Origin: a virus
Direction: 5' to 3' (one strand)
Virus record (IMG/VR): IMGVR_UViG_3300045988_040537
Span: 1 to 15,754 of that record
Length of the DNA stretch: 15,754 nt
Shown here: positions 13,582 through 15,754 of the stretch, in pieces
How the letters are laid out: the number at the start of each line of letters is the position of its first letter
Numbering within the stretch: the stretch's first letter is position 1
Made by a program: the position numbers and the translations under genes
Notes under the pieces: generated by a model
The model's input: the letters and a program-made list of their open reading frames with translations, nothing else
What the model was told of the DNA's origin: nothing
The model's database searches: none

Positions 13582-14236
13582 TTACACAACTGAATTGCGC
13601 TGGTGGTGCGAACAGGTGACTGAAATGGCCGGGGAATCGCCCAGTAAAGTCATTCCAAAAGCCGCACCGATGCTGTTTGATTTTAGTTACCCATTTTGGT
13701 CAAACAATCTCAACGACAAAACAGCATTTCAAATTAAGATTGTTCGACATTTCTACACCAGAGAAATAGGGGCTGAAACAATGGGGCTTTTTAGGCTTAG
13801 GCTTGAAGATAAAATGAATGAAATCATGCCCTATTTTAATAAGCTATATAGCGCCGCCTACAAGGAGTTCAATTTCCTTAACACAGACGAGGCAAACGAG
13901 AAAGAAAATTCAAGTGCAAACAACAAGAATAGCTATACTAGCACAAGCGCACAAACAGGAAAGAGCATCGACAAATTCTCCGACACTCCGCAGGGCGCTA
14001 TCACTGATTTGGAAAGCGGGGCATATTTGACCAATGCGACAATCTCAGAGAATGAATCAAATGGAAGTAATAACGGCGGGAACACCGGAGAAGCAACGAG
14101 CGAAACAACAAGAACATATACAGGAAGAAAAGGGGCTTCTGGTGGGCGGCTTTTAAGCGACTACTACGAAGCACAGAAAAACATAGACAGAATGCTGTTT
14201 GATGAACTGAACGTGCTGTTTATGAATATTTGGTAA
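13574..14236 (+). CDS. Lower collar protein (phi29 gp11-like)
   Basis: It follows the portal gene directly (ATGAGTAA overlap, GAGGAGG RBS). HFYTREIGAETMGLFRLRLEDKMNEIMPYFNKLY fits the ..Y.REIG.ET...F...L...MNEIMP.YN.LY pattern I associate with picovirus lower-collar proteins. Confidence 0.7.
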   Translation: MSNYTTELRWWCEQVTEMAGESPSKVIPKAAPMLFDFSYPFWSNNLNDKTAFQIKIVRHFYTREIGAETMGLFRLRLEDKMNEIMPYFNKLYSAAYKEFNFLNTDEANEKENSSANNKNSYTSTSAQTGKSIDKFSDTPQGAITDLESGAYLTNATISENESNGSNNGGNTGEATSETTRTYTGRKGASGGRLLSDYYEAQKNIDRMLFDELNVLFMNIW

Positions 14237-14246
14237 GGAGGTTCAT

Positions 14247-14879
14247 ATGGCAGATAACCTTGAAAAATTCAACTGGCCTTTTCGCTGCTACCCCGTCCTG
14301 CCCCTTGTGTATGACGAGAGTTTATCGTATTATGAGTGCATTGGAAAAATGCGCGAAAAGGTCAATGAGCTGGTAGCCTATGTCCAGAATCTTGAGGGCA
14401 TTTCAAATGCCTACACAGACCAGCAAATTGGTGCTTTGCGTGATTATCTGGAGACTGAGCTTAGCACAGCCATTGCGGAAGTTAGCGCTGATTTGTCAGG
14501 TCTTGAAGCGAAGATGAACGCAGAAGATAATCGCCTGCAAGAAGAAATCAACAATTTGGCGGCTGAAATTAATGCCGTTATTGCCAGCCTTGACGCCAGC
14601 ATTGAAGTTAAACTTCGCGAGTACGATAACTACATCAAAGACTACATCGCCAGTCAGCTTATTGATGTGAAGGTTATCAATTACTTCACTGGTGAAGCTG
14701 TTACGATTCAGGCGATGTTCGATTATCTGGCGGCTCTTCACATTGACAATGGCCTTACTTATGACGAAATTGCCGCGCGTGGTTACAACTACAACCAGCT
14801 CGCTCAGCTTGCCACAAGCAATGGCGGCACATATCAGGCTCTTAACAGAAACGCGGCTACAATCTGGCCTGCACAGTAA
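14247..14879 (+). CDS. Tail fibre/appendage protein with central coiled coil
   Basis: The N-terminal PLVYDESLSYYECIGKMREKVNELV resembles the virion-attachment motif common at the N-termini of Firmicutes phage fibre proteins. A long heptad-like helical segment follows (LETELSTAIAEVSADLSGLEAKMNAEDNRLQEEINNLAAEINAVIASL). Confidence 0.6.
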   Translation: MADNLEKFNWPFRCYPVLPLVYDESLSYYECIGKMREKVNELVAYVQNLEGISNAYTDQQIGALRDYLETELSTAIAEVSADLSGLEAKMNAEDNRLQEEINNLAAEINAVIASLDASIEVKLREYDNYIKDYIASQLIDVKVINYFTGEAVTIQAMFDYLAALHIDNGLTYDEIAARGYNYNQLAQLATSNGGTYQALNRNAATIWPAQ

Positions 14880-14894
14880 AAGGAGGAATAAATT

Positions 14895-15665
14895 ATGCCC
14901 GGTGCAACTAATCACTTTAAACTTCCCATCGCTCTCGGTTCTGACCTCTACAACCATCTTACAATCGACAATGCGGCATATGAGAAGATCGACGATCAGA
15001 TGTTCAAAAATCAGAACGCGGCTTTCTCTACAGCTACGCACACTAAGAGTGGCAATACTCACGTCATTGTGAGAAACATTCCTACTTGCGCTGTTTTCTG
15101 GTTCACGGCCACCGACGATTATCGTACTGGTGAACCGATCACGGTGAACGGCAACAGCGTAAGTGCGCGTCTCCCGACTGGTGCTGGTCTGCCCGACTAT
15201 TGTTGGAGAATCAACAGCAAGGTAATTTGCATTGTTGAGGGTAGCGCCATGACGGTGTTCAGCACTGTCTCTTCTTCTGACGCGGCGGCAAGCGCATACC
15301 CCGTGGGTAGTGTTTTTATCAGCACTGTTGCAACTTCGCCTGCTACGCTTCTTGGGTTCGGCACATGGGAGCGCATTCAGGGGCGTTTCCTGTTCGCGTC
15401 TGACAGTACACATGCGGCTGGCACAACTGGTGGCGAAGAGAAGCACACTCTTACGGTGGCTGAGCTTCCTGCGCATAACCATCAGAGTGGTAGTCAGGGT
15501 GGCTACTACCTGTATGGCGGGGATGGAACGTCTGATGGCCCCGCCGCTGGTCAGGGCTACCGCACCGCGATTACGAGTCAGAGAACCGGTAATACTGGTT
15601 CAGATACTGCGCATAACAATATGCCGCCTTATCTGAGTGTGTATATGTGGAAGAGAACAGCATAA
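14895..15665 (+). CDS. Tail fibre / receptor-binding protein with C-terminal baseplate-type domain
   Basis: YPVGSVFIS...LLGFGTWERIQGRFLFASD...GGEEKHTLTVAELPAHNHQ...HNNMPPYLSVYMWKRTA is the conserved C-terminal module annotated in many phages as phage baseplate or tail fibre protein. It is the last gene of the late operon. Confidence 0.7.
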   Translation: MPGATNHFKLPIALGSDLYNHLTIDNAAYEKIDDQMFKNQNAAFSTATHTKSGNTHVIVRNIPTCAVFWFTATDDYRTGEPITVNGNSVSARLPTGAGLPDYCWRINSKVICIVEGSAMTVFSTVSSSDAAASAYPVGSVFISTVATSPATLLGFGTWERIQGRFLFASDSTHAAGTTGGEEKHTLTVAELPAHNHQSGSQGGYYLYGGDGTSDGPAAGQGYRTAITSQRTGNTGSDTAHNNMPPYLSVYMWKRTA

Positions 15666-15674
15666 ATTTGGTGT

Positions 15675-15714
15675 GGCTGGCGTGTGCCTTGCGGTGCGCG
15701 CCAGCCGTCTTTTT
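15675..15714 (+). terminator. Intrinsic terminator of the late operon
   Basis: ggctggcg (15675-15682) pairs with cgccagcc (15699-15706), followed by gtcttttt. Confidence 0.8.
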
Positions 15715-15722
15715 GCGCTTCA

Positions 15723-15754
15723 ACTGGAGTACCGAAAAAATGCATACGGATACC
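15723..15754. repeat. Right inverted terminal repeat (32 bp)
   Basis: actggagtaccgaaaaaatgcatacggatacc is the exact reverse complement of 1-32. Confidence 0.95.

Larger units (their letters stand above)
1..15754. mobile_element. Complete linear dsDNA genome of a small phi29-like, protein-primed podophage
   Basis: A perfect 32-bp ITR sits exactly at both window ends. The window carries terminal protein + PolB, packaging ATPase, scaffold, capsid, tail knob, portal, lower collar, fibres and a lysis cassette, with almost no non-coding space. No host genes flank it. Confidence 0.85.

Noticed and set aside
14496-15482. 328-aa minus-strand ORF
   Set aside because: It is antisense to the two fibre genes and has no RBS. 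Both sense genes have AAGGAGG sites.
1-15754. Searched for CRISPR arrays, tRNA/tmRNA genes, integrase, repressor or other lysogeny genes, and for defence or toxin cassettes
   Set aside because: I found no regularly spaced direct repeats, no cloverleaf-like segments, and no ORF with recombinase or HTH-repressor features. All large ORFs are accounted for by replication, packaging, morphogenesis and lysis functions.

Overview
This window is a complete phage genome, not a chromosomal fragment. It starts and ends with a perfect 32-bp inverted terminal repeat (1-32 and 15723-15754). Between the repeats is the tightly packed gene set of a very small phi29-like podophage of about 15.75 kb that replicates by protein priming.

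Layout, left to right:
- ITR, then a strong sigmaA-type promoter (121-149).
- A roughly 400-nt GC-rich untranslated region with repeated motifs and hairpins.
- Five small early ORFs (600-1863). Two are under 60 aa and missing from the ORF track. Three copies of a conserved hairpin + CGTCGGCAAA + RBS module separate them.
- A second consensus promoter (1875-1903) with a structured leader, driving a p6-like dsDNA-binding gene and a p5-like SSB gene, closed by a 17-bp-stem terminator.
- A candidate terminal protein, a family-B protein-primed DNA polymerase with all exonuclease and polymerase motifs, a small ORF, and a bidirectional terminator.
- A gp16-like packaging ATPase, the only minus-strand gene.
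- A two-fold-symmetric pair of interleaved divergent promoters (6990-7033).
- One long plus-strand late operon: holin, amidase endolysin, unknown ORF, tail-associated lysozyme, scaffold, major capsid protein, gp9-like tail knob, portal (upper collar), lower collar and two fibre proteins. A terminator and the right ITR follow.

I saw no integrase, repressor, tRNA or CRISPR array, so the phage is probably virulent. Strong AGGAGG ribosome-binding sites, TTGACA/TATAAT promoters, a holin_4_1-type holin and an Amidase_2 + PG_binding_1 lysin point to a Firmicutes (probably Clostridia) host. That host assignment is inference only.

The most interesting unexplained signals are the left-end structured non-coding region (a possible packaging pRNA analogue), the triplicated intergenic module, and the interleaved promoter switch in a genome with no recognisable phi29 p4-type regulator. 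Protein family calls rest on motifs and on my recollection of phi29 protein sequences. None has been checked by a search.
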